The notes under the pieces: generated by a model
What the model was told of the DNA's origin: nothing
Database searches by the model: none
Seen by the model: only the letters and a program-made list of their open reading frames with translations
In this document: one piece after another, positions 50,791 to 64,000 of the stretch
How the letters are laid out: each line of letters opens with the position of its first letter
Position numbering within the stretch: the stretch's first letter is position 1
Program-made: the position numbers and the translations under genes
NCBI GenBank assembly: GCA_051294375.1
Contig: CM119263.1
Location: 16,284,532-16,348,531 of the forward strand
Reading direction: 5' to 3'
Length of the DNA: 64,000 bases
Origin: Paraspadella gotoi
Taxonomy: Eukaryota > Animalia > Chaetognatha

Positions 50791-52649
50791 CGCTTAGCGA
50801 TTGCGGCGATATTGTAACGCTTTTGCGCATAAGTGGCGTCGTCGTCGTTCCAAATTATAGATCGCCTTTTTTATGATTAAATTTGGGTGTATGAAGCTGA
50901 AAATTTATATACAGCTTCTCATCATTGATGTGCTTAAAATTGAGTCTGGACAGATATTAAATATGTTTTGTTTACATTTTATCAAAACAAATTTTCTCTT
51001 TTATTTTCATATTTCTTTCTCTCTCTCTCTTATCTCTTTTAATTATATGTCTCTCTCCCTCTCTCTTTTCCCTAGTCACTGATTCATAGGGAAAAAAAAC
51101 GAGTCTGCAGCTGGTTCTGCAGGGGCTTATTCTTTTTCTCTCTTTTTTCCTGCTGCTTCTGCTGCTGCCTTTTGATTTCTTTTTTTTTTCTTTCTCTCTC
51201 TCTCCGTTTTTATTTTAAAAAAAATTTGAATTAGGATTGAACTCGTAAAATTAAGCATCGCATTCGTGCATGTTATCATTTTGCTATTTTTCAGAAACTA
51301 ACTTTAATTTTCTTCCATACTTTATTATTTTTTTTTTTATTGACAATTGCAAAATAGAATTTTTACTTTGTTTATAATTTATCTTTCTTTTCTCAAATTT
51401 TTTTTTTTTATTATCAAAATTTGTCGTCAATCCAGATTTTTCTTATGCTATTGCGACGATCCTTATGCTTTTAAGATTTTTTATTGTTGCAATCGCTTAG
51501 CGTTTGCGACGATATTGTAACACTTTTGCGCATAAGTGGCGTCGTCGTCGGCATTCCAAATTATAGATCACCTTTTTTATGATCAAATTTGGGTGTATGA
51601 AGCTGAAAATTTATATACAGCTACTCATCATCGATATGCTTAAAATTGAGTCTGGACAGTTATTAAATATGTTTTGTTTACGTTTTATCAAAAGAAACAA
51701 ATTTTCTCTTTTATTTTTATATTTCTTTCTCTCTCTCTTTTCTCTTTTAATTACATGTCTCTTTTCCCTAATCACTGATTTATAGAGAAAGGGGAAAAAA
51801 ATGAGTCTGCAGCAGTCTGCGGGGGCTTATTCTTTTTCTCTTTACTCCTGCTGCTTCTGCTTTTTGATATCTTTCTCTGCAGCTGGCTCTGCAGGGGCTC
51901 TTACTTTTTCTCTCTTTTCTCCTGCTGCTTCTGCTGCTGCCTTTTGATTTCTTTTTTTCTCTGGGTGCCTCTGCTGCTGCCGCTGCTGATTAGTCTGAAA
52001 ACGATTTGGCTTTCTCTCTCTTTCTCTCTCTGATTAATTTTTTTTCTCTAAAAACTTTTATTATCGCCATTTATTCCCAAATTTACATCCGAGATTTTTG
52101 TGGATTTTTTTTCCTAAATATTCTAAATATCAATCAGAATAATATATTTTTTAAATATTTATTTTATTATTTTATTTTACTTTACTTCATTTTACTTTAC
52201 TTTAGTCTTTACTTCACTTTGTCAGTCTGATTTAAGATTCACTTTGTCTTTTGTCTGGGAATGTTGACAGTGTTTAGAGAGGTCGCTTATACGGGCTAAA
52301 AGTAAAACAAAAGTACCTTCAATAATGTCTGATTTAAGATTCACTTTGTCTTTTGTCTGGGAATGTTGACAGTGTTTAGAGAGGTCGCATTCGATCAAAC
52401 TGCTCGCTTATACGGGCTAAAAGTAAAACAAAAGTACCTTCAATAATGTCTCTCCAGACTTAGCACTTGCTAAAAATTAAACTCGAAAATAAGTTATTTC
52501 ACTGTTTTATGTTTATTATTCTTTTTTTTTCTTCTGTTTATAATTTTTTTTTTTCTCAAATTTGATTTTTTTAGTATCAAAATTTGTCGTCAATCCAGAT
52601 TTTTCTTATTCGATTGTGACGATCTTTATGCTTTTAAGATTTTTTTTTT
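50791..52649 (+). mobile_element. Two head-to-tail tandem copies of the R1 HINE-like element
   Basis: At ~51450-51510 the 3' end (TTGCGACGATCCTTATGCTTTTAAGATTTTTT) runs directly into a new 5' end (ATTGTTGCAATCGCTTAGCGTTTGCGAC). Confidence 0.7.
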
Positions 52650-55600
52650 AATTTTAAAGTTCCTTTCTCTCTCTCTGTTGAAATGATTGGTTGGCTGATT
52701 GATCAGTTTATTGAATGATTGATTTATAGATTCCTTTATCGATTTACCGCTAAATTATCGTGGGCTGATCCGACTTGTTTGCTCAAACTTGTTAAATTTC
52801 GATTACTAACAATAATAATAACAAACCCTTAAAACCTAACCTAACAGTTTTTCGCACCTGTGTATAATTATTAAAATACAATGTGTTGTTATTTTCAAGT
52901 AGAAAGGGTCGTTTATTCTTTTTCCTGTTTTTCGCGTTCGTAGAATCCTCATTTTGAAAATTGTGTTGCCGCTTTTCCCGCTGTCCTCTTTTGTCTTCGT
53001 TTGAGATTGCCAGATTACCTTGCCGAGGTTTATTAATTAAAAATTTATCGCTGTTAGTTTTATTTTTTGTCGCTGAGATAACGTTCTTAGTTTTATCGAA
53101 GTGAAAGTTGGTCGGTTTCGAAGTTGTATCCATTCCGTCACGAGCGTTTGAAACCGAACTCTAAGAAATTGAAAAATACTTTAATGATTTCTATTTTTGC
53201 ATCTCTTGTTTTGTACTTTTATCAATATCAGTATTATTTTCCGAGAAACGCCTAATTTGGTCATTTGATTTTTCTTGTTTGCTTTTACCATCGTTATCAA
53301 TCCCTTTTTATGAACTTGCAATTTAATAAACTTTTATATTTATTAAGTTTTATTTTTATTTTTGTTTTTAATTGCACAATGAATTGTAAAACTTTTATTT
53401 TCATTAATAATGACGGGTTACTTTTACTTTCGCCGACCGGGGTTTAGGGTTAGGGTAATTAAGTAATATTTTTTAAATTTTTTTTTAAATAAGTATTTTA
53501 AAATGATTTTTCAAAAAAAGCCATAACCGCGGTCGGCGAAAGTAAAATTTAGCCGGACCGCTGCAACTTTACTTACTTATCTGCAACGTAGCGGAATTTA
53601 AAGTCGGATTAAAATCCATCCCCTTGTCGGACTTCAATGGTGAACCGAGAGGACACAAAGGTTTTCGTTAATTCTTTGTCGAAAGCCAGTTTTTAGACGA
53701 GATTGAACCTTTCGTAGTTTCGAAGAAAACTTTGTCGAAAGAGAGTAAGAGATTCGTCCATTCATTCATTTGTGTGTGTGTGAGTGTGTGTGTGATTAAA
53801 AGAGCAACATCGAGTCTCTACAAACACAAGAGTACAACAACAACGACGACGACAGCCGAGAAGACGAGCCCCAGCGAAGAGAAAGAGAAAGAGCAGCCCC
53901 GAGCTTCGAAGGGAAAACTTTAGATTTCGCAACAAACATTTTTTAGGAGCAATGTGCTTACCCGGTTGAGTTAAGGTTGGTTTGAGGTCAGTTTTGTTCT
54001 CGACCTGCTCTATTTGGGATCCTATTCTGTAATCATGAAATTAAAGGAAAGCTAAATTCATGTGGCATATAAGATTTTAGTGAAATAAAAGCAGGATTAT
54101 TTTTAAAAAGTAAAACATTAAAACTAACATAAAAAATAAACTAATGCACTAACTTTTGTCATGTTTCTTTTAAAAGTTAATTCCGACCGATTCGTGGACT
54201 TTACTAGCTCTCGACAAACCATTTTTTTTCTAGTCCTCACTCTCCATCGAGAAGGCCTCAGCGTCCGCGGGAAATCTGCTCGACGCCGCGGCGAAGAAAA
54301 GCGGACGCTGAGTACTTCCGACGCAGCTGCCTTTTCCTCTTCGTTTGTCCTCCTCCTCTTCGGACCTCATTTTACTCTTCTTCATCTTACTGAGATATCG
54401 ATGAATTTCTTCTTCGATGGCCCCTACCTCTTTCTGTCGCTAAAAAAAATTATCTTCATCGCAGTTCAAATCTTCAACTGAAAATTTAAAATTGAGTTAT
54501 AAGGCATGAATAGTAGTCGCTATGGAGAAACCGAGCTTGGCAAGTCACTGAATCAAGACGCAAGAAGATTTGATTTTTCTTATTTTTTTGATGACTTTTA
54601 CACCATTTTAAGCACTAGTGTTTGGAAAAAGTAATAGTTTCGAAAGAAATGTACGAAATGTCATAATACCTCGCTTTAAAAGAGTAACTTTGTTGATTTG
54701 AAATTATAAAAAACAATTAGTTTGCAAACATTTGTTTAATTTGATTAAGATCTCCGTCAATGACAGATTTTTAGTAATTGACTGGGCTTTTGCAAAATAT
54801 TAATTTATAAAATATATATCATTTTTGTTTTATTTTAATACTGAGGTTTTTCGAGTTTGGGGTGAGTTAGGGAGAACTTTGTGGGGCAAGATGCGCGATT
54901 CATTTTTTTTAACATATAATATTTTTTTAACTTACACATTTGATCTCTTTTTTAAAAAACATACATAAAACGTGCGAAAATTAAGATTTTTTCACAGGCC
55001 TGTAGCTTATTAACTCACACCCAAAAAGCAATTAGCCTCCCTTTTTTAGTCTATAGTATAGTCTATAGATATAAAATAGTCTTTCTTTTCTCTTTTCAGA
55101 ATTTGTTTTTCCTGTGATTTAACAGATGTCGTTTTGCCTTGTCATATTGACAATTGCTTTTTTGTTTTTTCTATTGTCCCGTTTCCTCGCCGTCTTTTTA
55201 CCAGCTGGGTTCGCGGGAGGGTGTTTCGGCGTCAACTCTGAATATTCGTCTCCCCTCACCTCGCCCGACCACCCACATCTATGGTTGCATCTTTTATTTT
55301 TAGCTGAGAGCTATGTATTATTTGCTCGTTCTTTTGTTTTGTTTTGTTTTGTTCAACAAAAACATGACTCATTCTTCGTTTTTTAGGCATGCTGGCGATT
55401 GAAGGGAAATATGATCCTAACTTCAAAAATTCTAAAACTGATTAAAATCCGTATTGTATTATTTATTGCTTTCTTCGTTGGTACGCTTTTCAAAACCCTT
55501 ACTGAAGTAGGTTATAACCTCAAGTCCAGGGTTATAACATTTTTTTAAGCATTTTTTAAAATTTATTCCCAAAAGAGCTGGACCTCCCTTGACAAAGATT

Positions 55601-56414
55601 TTCACACAATTATGGCCCACATTTATTTACAAAAGCGCGCGCGATAAATTTGGATAACTTTATTATTAGACGTCCGCAACCATCTTTAGCTACTACCGCC
55701 GGTAGGGGGAGACAAACTCAATAAGGTAGTTAAGAAATTGAATTAAGCACCTACTCAAACGAAAATTTAGACATTTTTTTACAAATTTGAATAGACAAAA
55801 TTTTTTTATATTACTCCATACTCCATATATTAATTTTTTAATATTTATTTATAAATAGGAAAGGCTAAAATTTTTTTTTGGATTTTTTGATTTTTAAGAT
55901 CAGATTCAGGTAGCTTGCAAAAAGTTGTCTACACAAAGTATAATTCTTTTTTCGATATTTTGATCATAAGTATGTGAAAAATATGAAAAACTATTTATAA
56001 TCATCATCATCATTTTTCGATAATTTTATTATTTTTTCTTAATTTTGACCAAGAAAACATAAATATTTTCGAAAGTTGTAGTTAAATTTTTTATTTAACT
56101 TTTTATGCTCTATCAGAATCCATCAAAAAAAGTTAAGATTGATTAAAAAAATTTCTTATCATTATATAGTAATATTGTAATTTTAATAGAAACAATAAAA
56201 GCATTAAAATCAAACTTTTTTAAAAAATTCTTTTTTTACCTAAAAGTAGACTTCAAGACTAAAGTTTTGAACCCCCGCCCCTATTGAATTTAATTTCATA
56301 GTAGATTTTTACTACCGGTCGGTGCTTTGTTAATCCATTTAATTTTGTTTTCCCTCTAGTGTCGAGTATCAGTTTGCGAAATAATATACATTTTTTGTTC
56401 AGTAATATAAATTT

Positions 56415-57128
56415 GGGTAACTACTATTCGACGTCCGCAACCAACCTTAGCTACCAAAGGTCTGTTGTTTGTTAATCCATTTTATTTTATTTTCCCTCTA
56501 GCATCGAGTTTAGGCTTTTTTTTGCAGAAATATAATTTTTTAAATTTTATAATTAATAATAATTGTTTTAAATTTACTTTAATTACTTTTTTTTATGTTT
56601 GAGGTACAAAATGAAACATAAATTTTGGACATGTTTCAGCTTCAATTTAAGCCTACATCAGCGCAAAAATGAATTGATTTGTGAAACAAATGTTTTTACA
56701 GACTCTCTCTTTTCAAACTTCAAAGTCTGTGAAAATATTTGTTTCACAAATCAATGTTTTTGTGCTGACTGAAGCCGAAAAATGTTTATACTTTGTTTCT
56801 TAATAAAACTTGTACGTAAACAAACAATTAATTTTCCACCTCAATAAATAAGGGTTAGGGTTGAGGATGGTTTAGGGGTGGTTAGGGTTAAGAGGGTTTA
56901 GGGTAATTGGGTAATTTTTTTATTTATTTTTTTTTAAATAAATATTTTAAGTGGATTTTCAAAAATCGCCAAAACCACGGTCAGCGAAAGTAAAATTTAG
57001 CCAAAAATTGTATATTACTGCGCAAACTGAGACTTGACGCTAGAGGGAAAACAAAATTAAATGGATTAACAAAGCACCGACCGTTGGGAGCTAAGGTTGG
57101 TTGCAGACGTCGAATAGTAAAGTTACCC
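56415..57128. mobile_element. TIR element (~100-nt arms) containing a hammerhead-motif palindrome and a TTAGGG-bearing insert
   Basis: GGGTAACTACTATTCGACGTCCGCAACCAACCTTAGCT versus AGCTAAGGTTGGTTGCAGACGTCGAATAGTAAAGTTACCC. Confidence 0.7.
56623..56790. ncRNA. Inverted pair of decayed minimal hammerhead motifs (Penelope-like pLTR relic)
   Basis: Minus strand 56669-56623: CTGATGTA-GGCTT-AAATTG-AAGCT-GAAAC-ATGTC. Plus strand 56761-56787: internally deleted CTGA...GAAGCCGAAA. A ~33-nt-arm palindrome separates them. Confidence 0.45.
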
Positions 57129-57654
57129 AATACTATTTTATTCAAAGTTTTTTAAAAAGCTTACTTAGTCGGAGAAAAAAAATTAATATAAAAAGAGTGA
57201 GTTTAAAAATGAAAGATGGTTTTCAAATCTATCTTCCTGCTATCATTGCTAAGCCATATCAAAATCGATTCATCTATAATTTGCACATATAAATAGTTTT
57301 GGTTTTTATTTTTAAATTAGTATTTAATATTGAAAAAATCTTTACTGGTTTGCAAATGGTAGCGTTTTTCTAGAGGCAGGTTCAGAATTGTCCCCATGTA
57401 TTTGAATTAAAGAACGATTAGAGAGTAAATTTACTAAAAGGCAACTCAACTGCTTAAGTCCGAATACAGCTTTTGGTGTTCGCTGTCGGATTAGCCAGTT
57501 TTTGTAAATCGATTTTAAATATTTTTAATTCGGAATTATTGTTAGTACTATAACTACTTTAAAGCTTATAACCTATATAAACTTGACTTTATATATAAAT
57601 TCAATCTCTGCCTTCCTGCCAATTTTAAAGGAATTACTTAATTTTTGGTATACA

Positions 57655-58114
57655 TAATAAATGGCGGCGATTTTCGGTTCCTTATTTCCCTTTGATTTCC
57701 CGACTTTCACCCGGTTTATTTCGGTTTTCCCGGCGGGAAGAGTCGCGTGACAGACGTAAACACTGAGAAAGGACTCCAACCTCCTCTCTTTTTTCGGCCT
57801 TCTTTTCAGAGCCTTGCATCAGTTGACTTTGCTATCTCGTTTCGTCCAGTTTCATTCTTCCCTGGTTGTGAATTTCGAACTTCTTTCCTCGCTTAAATAT
57901 AACTCATTTTATGTACGTATTACGATTTACTTCATCAATTACTATAAAAGCAATTCTAATTTTTCAAGTACCAATGCTTTTTTTAACTGTGAACAATAAT
58001 TCGACCCCTATCTAGATTTTGTTTTTTATCATTTCTGATGTTTTTTTACCGATGCCCGTATATATCAAATCACATTTCTAAGTTTTAATATGTTGAATGT
58101 TTTTTTTCTTTCAG
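57655..58114 (+). promoter_or_regulatory. Candidate promoter/5' UTR region of the MAP1-family gene
   Basis: GC/CpG-enriched patch starting with YY1-like AAATGGCGGC (~57659); strong acceptor TTTTTTCTTTCAG ending 58114, 77 nt before the ATG. Confidence 0.35.
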
Positions 58115-58190
58115 ATTGTCCCGCATATTTTTTGGGGGCTCCATCAAAGAGGGTGCAATTTATATTTTAAGCAAATTGTTTTATAAAAAT

Positions 58191-61100
58191 ATGGCATCAG
58201 ATATGGAAGCGGATTGTTGCCACTTGTTGGTAATCGTGGGCGAACCTCAGCAAGGTGGAGTGCGCCAGTCAACGATCGAATTCGCGAAAAAGGGACTTCG
58301 CCATTGGGACGCCGGATTTGTCGGCGTTGGAGACTTCAGCGCTGCCTTGGACGCTGCCGCCGCAGCGAAGCCGGAACCCACGCAAATCGGCCAAAATGCC
58401 GCCGGTAAGTCGGAGTATGGGTAGTTAGTATCAGTTACTTAAAGTATAAACTGCAAAAAATGTTTAATTGTACGTAATTTATATATAAATAAGTACATGA
58501 GTATTATTTCTAATTTGTAAAAGCGTTTCTAGTGTTTTTCTTTTATTGAAATAGCAGTCGTAACAAAAATCAAATTTGAACTAACTGTCGCTCTTGGGAT
58601 GGGTTCGGAAGTGAACTCGCATGCGAACCGGTTAATATCTGATGCTGGATGAAAATATCAGCCAACGCCTGTTTTATGGGTATTATTTCTAAAAGATATG
58701 CTTTATTATCTATTTTTGTTATTATTAATCGTACAGAAGTTCCTTGCCGCTTGATGACGTAAGCTTGCAAGTATTTAATTTTTTGTATCTTGGGCTAAAT
58801 GGCCACCAGAATTTTTTCGGTGATTCCGAGTATTTAGTCAATTTTTTGTTTTAGTCGGAAAAAGAGACGTAAGTTTTTGGTGTGAGATTTTTAATTGGTG
58901 CGTCATCGCGACTCTGACCGACCGCAAAACTTTTCACTGTACTTGTTCTCCTTTTCTCCTTTTTCTTCTTTTCAGTCTTCTTTTGTTTTTGTTCTCCTTT
59001 TTTGTCTTTCAAATTTGGAGGGCTCGTTTAATCTTTCGCGGTTTTTACCGATTGGTGATTGGCTTTCTTTTGTGCACCGTATTTTCTTGCACATTAGTCT
59101 AAATTTTTTTGTGAGTGAAGCTGATTAAATTTTTAATTCCTTACAAAAACTCAGTAATCACTTTGATCTTTTAAACGCGCTTTTCTGGCTTCTGTAATGC
59201 TACTTTTTTTTTCCCTCAACCTTTCTTCACTCAAGTCCTGCAGCTTTTTTTTTCTCTCTCTTCAAATCCTCTTTAATTTCTTCATCGCGCAAATCCTCTG
59301 GCGTCGGTGGTTGATTAAATATTCGTCCAATCGAGATGACGATGTGAAAACTGCTTATTTTTTTGGTTTTTTCAGTCTATTATTTTATTATACTACTTCT
59401 TTAAAAATCTAAAACCTTCCCAAATTCTCGTTGATACTCTTGCTTAACAAATGTTTTTAAAATGACTGATAACAATTTTTTTCGGCCCTTACTGAAACTC
59501 CAGTCCTTTTGGTTGGGCTTTTCTTTATTTTTCTCTTTTCCTCCGTCAGGTACGGAATCCATCTCTCGCTTCTCGGGTTTCGGCGTCAACGTCACCCTTG
59601 TTTTCAACGCCCGGCAGTCAAGCGTAAAGCGTTGCCTTGCCTCTGCATCCGTCCGGACCTCGCCCTATTCTCTCGTCATCTACGCCGGCGCTTGTGACGT
59701 CGACAGTGGCGCGTGGATCCTGAGCGACGGCGTGTTCGGCGCTGCAGAATTTGCTCTCGCATGTCGTGTCGGTTTTGCTGCTTCTTCGGGCGCCACTTCC
59801 GCGGATCCCGAACCTTCGCTCCCATCGTCGCGCCTGCTTCGTCTCCACTTGCCGTTCAAGGGGAATTTCGCTTCCGTCGTCGTCGTCGGTCTAGAAGTGC
59901 GGACGACAGACGCGGCAGACGCGACGCCATCTTTTGACACCGGGTTCGAACTCGGGGCTGGTCTCGCAGAAGCGATGGAGCGGGAGACGAGAGTGCCGCA
60001 TGAGGATTCCCTCCTTCCCGCGCCCGTTACCATCGGAGCTTTGGAGAGAAAGGGCGCTGCCGTGTACGCGTTTCCGGCCGAAGATTCAGACTGCTTCGTG
60101 TTTGCCGCCGGAGGATACACGATGCTCGTAGACGGAGGTCACGGAGTCAGGTTTGTGAGTTTTGTTTTTTTTACGTGAACTAAAATGCATTTACATTTTA
60201 CAATCATTACAATGTAAATACATGCATACATTTATCCATATAAAAATTACTTTTCTTCCGTCACAACTACGTTACCATTCGTTTTACGGAAATGATCTTC
60301 AGGTCATGCTTTTGGCCGATGATTGGAAATCTAGGATCTTTGGACCTCCTCGCCATCACGCATATTGGGCATAATAACATTCAAGGTAATAATAAGGCAA
60401 TAATAATAAGTAATAATAAGTAATAGGTAATCTGTATTGATGTTTGAACAAACGATTTGACTTGTGATTGTACAAAAAACTAAAAAAATAATAAGAAACA
60501 GAAAAAAATATCTTGAAGCGTTATTATGACAGATGTTGTTTTATCAATCACAATAAATCCCTTTTATCAGGCATATCTACCTTCCTCTCTCGCAAAATCA
60601 AAGATGGCGCCTCCTCTCACCCAGAAATCGAGCATCTTCTATTTAACGCCGTTGAACCCTCGAAGGGTGGGGAGGGTGAGGTCAACGGTGGCGAATCTCT
60701 TCTTAACGGCCTCGGCGTCTCTCTGGCTTCTGAGGCCGACAAGCTTGTGGAGCGTCTGGCCCAGCTCAACCTCCAACCAACGGCTACAACTCGCGGAGCC
60801 AAGACGCAGCCAGTAATGCTTTACTTCAAGGTAGGCCTAGGGCGCCTTGATCTTTATCCGATCCACCCGGCAGAGGATGGCAAAGAGCTGAGGACTTTCC
60901 TCACCCAGTGGAAGGAAGGAACCTTCGGCGTCGACGAACGCGGGTTTCCAGTGCCGGACCAAGCCTCTCTTGCTTTTGCCCTTGTTTGGACGCCGGCTAA
61001 TGTGAAAAAGCCCCCTGTCCGTTTATTGTATCCCGGCCGCTGCTCCCCCGATCTATTGGCGGAGGGTCTCGACCTTCTCAAAGAAGTTCCCGTATTTCGC

Positions 61101-64000
61101 GGCTTTGACGGAAAGGCGCCTGTATCTCCACGTGCACCTACCAAGGGTGCGACCGGAAAACTAGCCCCCGGAGGTCGAGGAGACGTGAAGGAAAAATCGC
61201 CGCGGTCCAATGCGCCGCCGTCTCGTCGCCCGGCCCCGGGCGCTAAGAGGGCTCCCATTGAAGCATCTTCGTCGTCGACAGTGACCAAAAACGTCAAACC
61301 AACAACCAGCGCTTCTGCTCCCATTGCTTCGTCCACATCCGGCCCCTCCGTCGCTTCGAAAAAACCCACTGCGACCAAATCCGTTCCCCAAACAAATCCC
61401 GCCGTTGGTTCAACCGCGCTAAAGCCTGGAGCAGCGGGACCTGTGGCCGAGGGTTCCATGGAGTCTTCCAAAGCCGCGCCGAAAAAGGCGCCTACGAAGA
61501 AAGAAGCCGGTGTGACCGAAAATTCTAAAAAGGAAGCTAAAGAGAAAAAAGAAGCCAAAGCTGTCTCCGCCTCTTCGGGTTCTTCCGTTTCGGGGCTTGT
61601 TGCAAAGTCGAGGTCGCCTCGACCGGCCGCTTCTCCTTTGAAGGCTAACTCCCCTAGAGCCGCGGCAGCCTCCAAGACTGATTCTCCGCGACAGGGGGCT
61701 AAGAATATCAAAGGTGACGTAAAGAAACCTGGAAAAACATCCAAGGCGGACGTTAGCAGCAATGGCGGTAACAAGAAAGGAAGCAGTCCCACGGCAACGG
61801 CCGCGGCAGACCTCTCTGCTAAAACGCCACCGGTCGTGACACTTTCATTTGAACCAGACAACACCGCAACTTCTGGCACGATGGTAGAGGCTGAGGATAT
61901 ATCTGACCCATCTGTAAATCCACCCAACGCCGAGAACAGTCTCACTTTCGACATTACTGCTAAAGCTGGCTCGTCCACTGAACCAAAAGTCGATAAATTA
62001 CCAAAAGTCAAGATTGATGAAACGATGGCAGAGCCAGCCTCGAACTTTGATTCAATGGCTGCGACTGGCTCAACCTCTGACCCAATAGCAAAGATGGGCT
62101 CGACGGCTGATGCAAAAGCAAAGACGGGCTCGATTTCGGACGCAATGGCGGATACTGGTAAAACCTCTGATGCAGCGGCAGAGCCCGTTTTAATCTCTGA
62201 CTCCATTGCCGCGATAACAGAGACTGTCACTCCTAATGAGATGTCAGCGGAAGTCTTGACTGAGAGCTGTATTTCCGAAAAAGAGATTCTTAAGTCGGAA
62301 AACGACGATAAATCCGAGGTGTCACTGTCAAATATCTTGTCTAAGATGGAAACTGATGAAGTCGCTGTGGTGATCTCGGCCGGACCCGATACTGCTGCGA
62401 AGAATAATGATAAAGAAACGGTCAGCTCTGACGTTCTTGTCAATGGCGACGGCTCTGTCGGCGCATTGGTGCACGGTTTCGCCGATTCTATCGTCGACGA
62501 TGCAATGATTGCCGCTAAAAAGGAAACGGACGAAGATCTCGCCGCTCGTGCTCGCTCGGCGCTCATTGACGTGGAATCAAAAGGCGAGTCGGTTGTCAAT
62601 TTTTAATTGATTTCTGCTTGGAAACTTCGTTGAAAAGTGTACTGTATGGCAATGGGAAGACATGCCCGGGGTGTGAGGCGTATTTATTTTAATCAGCGTG
62701 ACCGTGTGGGGATTTAACTCAAGCTGTCCAAGCTAATGGGATGAGCTGAGTTTCACCAAGCAATAGATACGGGAGGCAAATTTAGGATTCGCCACAAGTC
62801 TTTTTATCTCGCCAGACGGCCCTAGGCCCATCTTGGGCGAATTTTGTTTTATTATTGCTTCTTAGTGACGTTGTCGTCGTCGTCGTCATACTTTTTTACA
62901 ATTAGAAATTGTAAAAGTATATATTTTTAAAAAATAAATAATTTAGATATAGCTTTTTGTTATCAAGACGTTTTAAAATGGTAAGTTTCATATGGATACA
63001 AGTATTGTATAATGTATATGTATAATATACAAATTAATATATATATATAAACATTTTTTTAAATTATATTACTTTTTTTTCTCAGTCGCTGCTTCTTCTG
63101 ATTCGTCTAAAAACGAGTTGAACTCTGCAGCGGCTGGACTTCTCTCTCTCTCTCTCTCATTCTGTCTCTTTGTTTTTTATTAAAAAAAGTTATCAGGATC
63201 GAACTCGTGACGTTTATCGTTTCAGTCATGCGTGAATTGAATTTTGTTTACTTTGCGCTAATGAAGGCTTACATTGAAGCCAAAACATGTTCATTTTTCA
63301 TGCTAAATAAATTTGTTGTTCAAAATAAAAACAAACTATTCTCTTTTAGTTTATACTTTAAAATTTTGTATTTTTATTTATCTAAATTATTTTATTATTT
63401 TAATTAAATAAATTAAATTTCATTCAGTCAAATCATTTCGTTTTATTGATTCATTGCATTTTTTAAACGTTTTCCTATTAATCATTCCTTATCATCGCAT
63501 CTATAATTGGTTATCATCATAATTCATTCAATCGGGGTTTTTTTTCTGGATAAATATTGAGGGATGGATCATTGTAATTTTAAGATTTTTTCATTAATTT
63601 TTTTAGATAGTAAGTCTGTCTAGATCACTATACTTTTTAAAGATTTTTTTCCCCTTTTTTCCACTTAGATACCAAACCTCTAGTCATCCCTTTAGTCCGG
63701 ATCGACACGGTTTCCAGCCATTCTGATACGGAGTCGGAACCCGAAGAAATTGATCCCTTCAACGAGGAGGAGAAGCCGCCGACAAGGACCCGTTTTCATT
63801 TCGACGATATTTCCGACGATGACTCAAAGGACGACGATATCGACATAAAAGCTTTTGAAAAGGATTCGGAACCCAGAGAAAAGTTGAATGTTGCCATAGT
63901 TATGGCTAATTCTGCAGACGAATCGACCAATGGACCTCCTGAAGCCTCTGACGTGAGCCTTCATGAGAACGACGTCAATAGCGCGATTCTGGAAGGTGAC
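58191..64000 (+). CDS. futsch: Microtubule-associated protein 1 family (MAP1A/B/S, futsch-like), 3'-truncated by the window edge
   Basis: Exons 58191-58404, 59550-60150, 60303-60385, 60571-62583 (GC donor), 63669->64000. MAP1 N-terminal motifs HLLVIVGEP, KGLRHWD, LVIYAG...SGAWILSDGVFG, VYAFP...FAAGGYTMLVDGG, SCFW...LAITHIGHNNIQGI, LYFKVGLGRLDLY, LVWTP...RLLYPG, then a K/P/S/A-rich basic region and an acidic region. Confidence 0.9.
63252..63292 (+). ncRNA. Degenerate minimal hammerhead motif, same family as 56623-56790
   Basis: TTTGCGCTAATGAA-GGCTT-ACATTG-AAGCC-AAAAC-ATGTTC: perfect stem II, two core substitutions. Confidence 0.4.

Noticed and set aside
60854-62599. 581-aa antisense ORF
   Set aside because: Shadow of the GC-rich, low-complexity MAP1 exon; its limits coincide with that exon and it has no recognisable domain.

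Overview
AT-rich metazoan (invertebrate-like) genomic DNA with GC-richer exons and many short (~60-80 nt) introns. Five protein-coding genes can be built by hand from splice signals and family motifs: (1) the 3' part of the HECT E3 ligase UBE3B (+, to 5352); (2) an intronless AADAC/NCEH1-family lipase (+, ~6601-7782) followed by an A-run; (3) a 7-exon, ~591-aa protein with two tandem Schlafen/AlbA_2-like domains whose catalytic motifs look eroded (+, 8542-17470), the most interesting gene here; (4) an Ets1/2 (pointed-type) transcription factor with MAPK site, PNT and ETS domains (-, 18347-32222); (5) a MAP1/futsch-family microtubule-associated protein (+, 58191 to window end). About 16 kb (33100-49158) is very probably an assembly artefact. 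It is an inverted copy of ~49160-55130 plus a direct copy of ~23213-33074, with indel gradients, two 25-N gaps and a possible SMRTbell adapter remnant at the junction. Introns and intergenic DNA hold non-autonomous elements: a Helentron/DINE-1-like family, TIR MITEs (some nested), a tRNA-like SINE, a structured 240-nt repeat and decayed minimal hammerhead motifs. Three introns appear to use GC donors. All family assignments come from remembered motifs, not from database searches.
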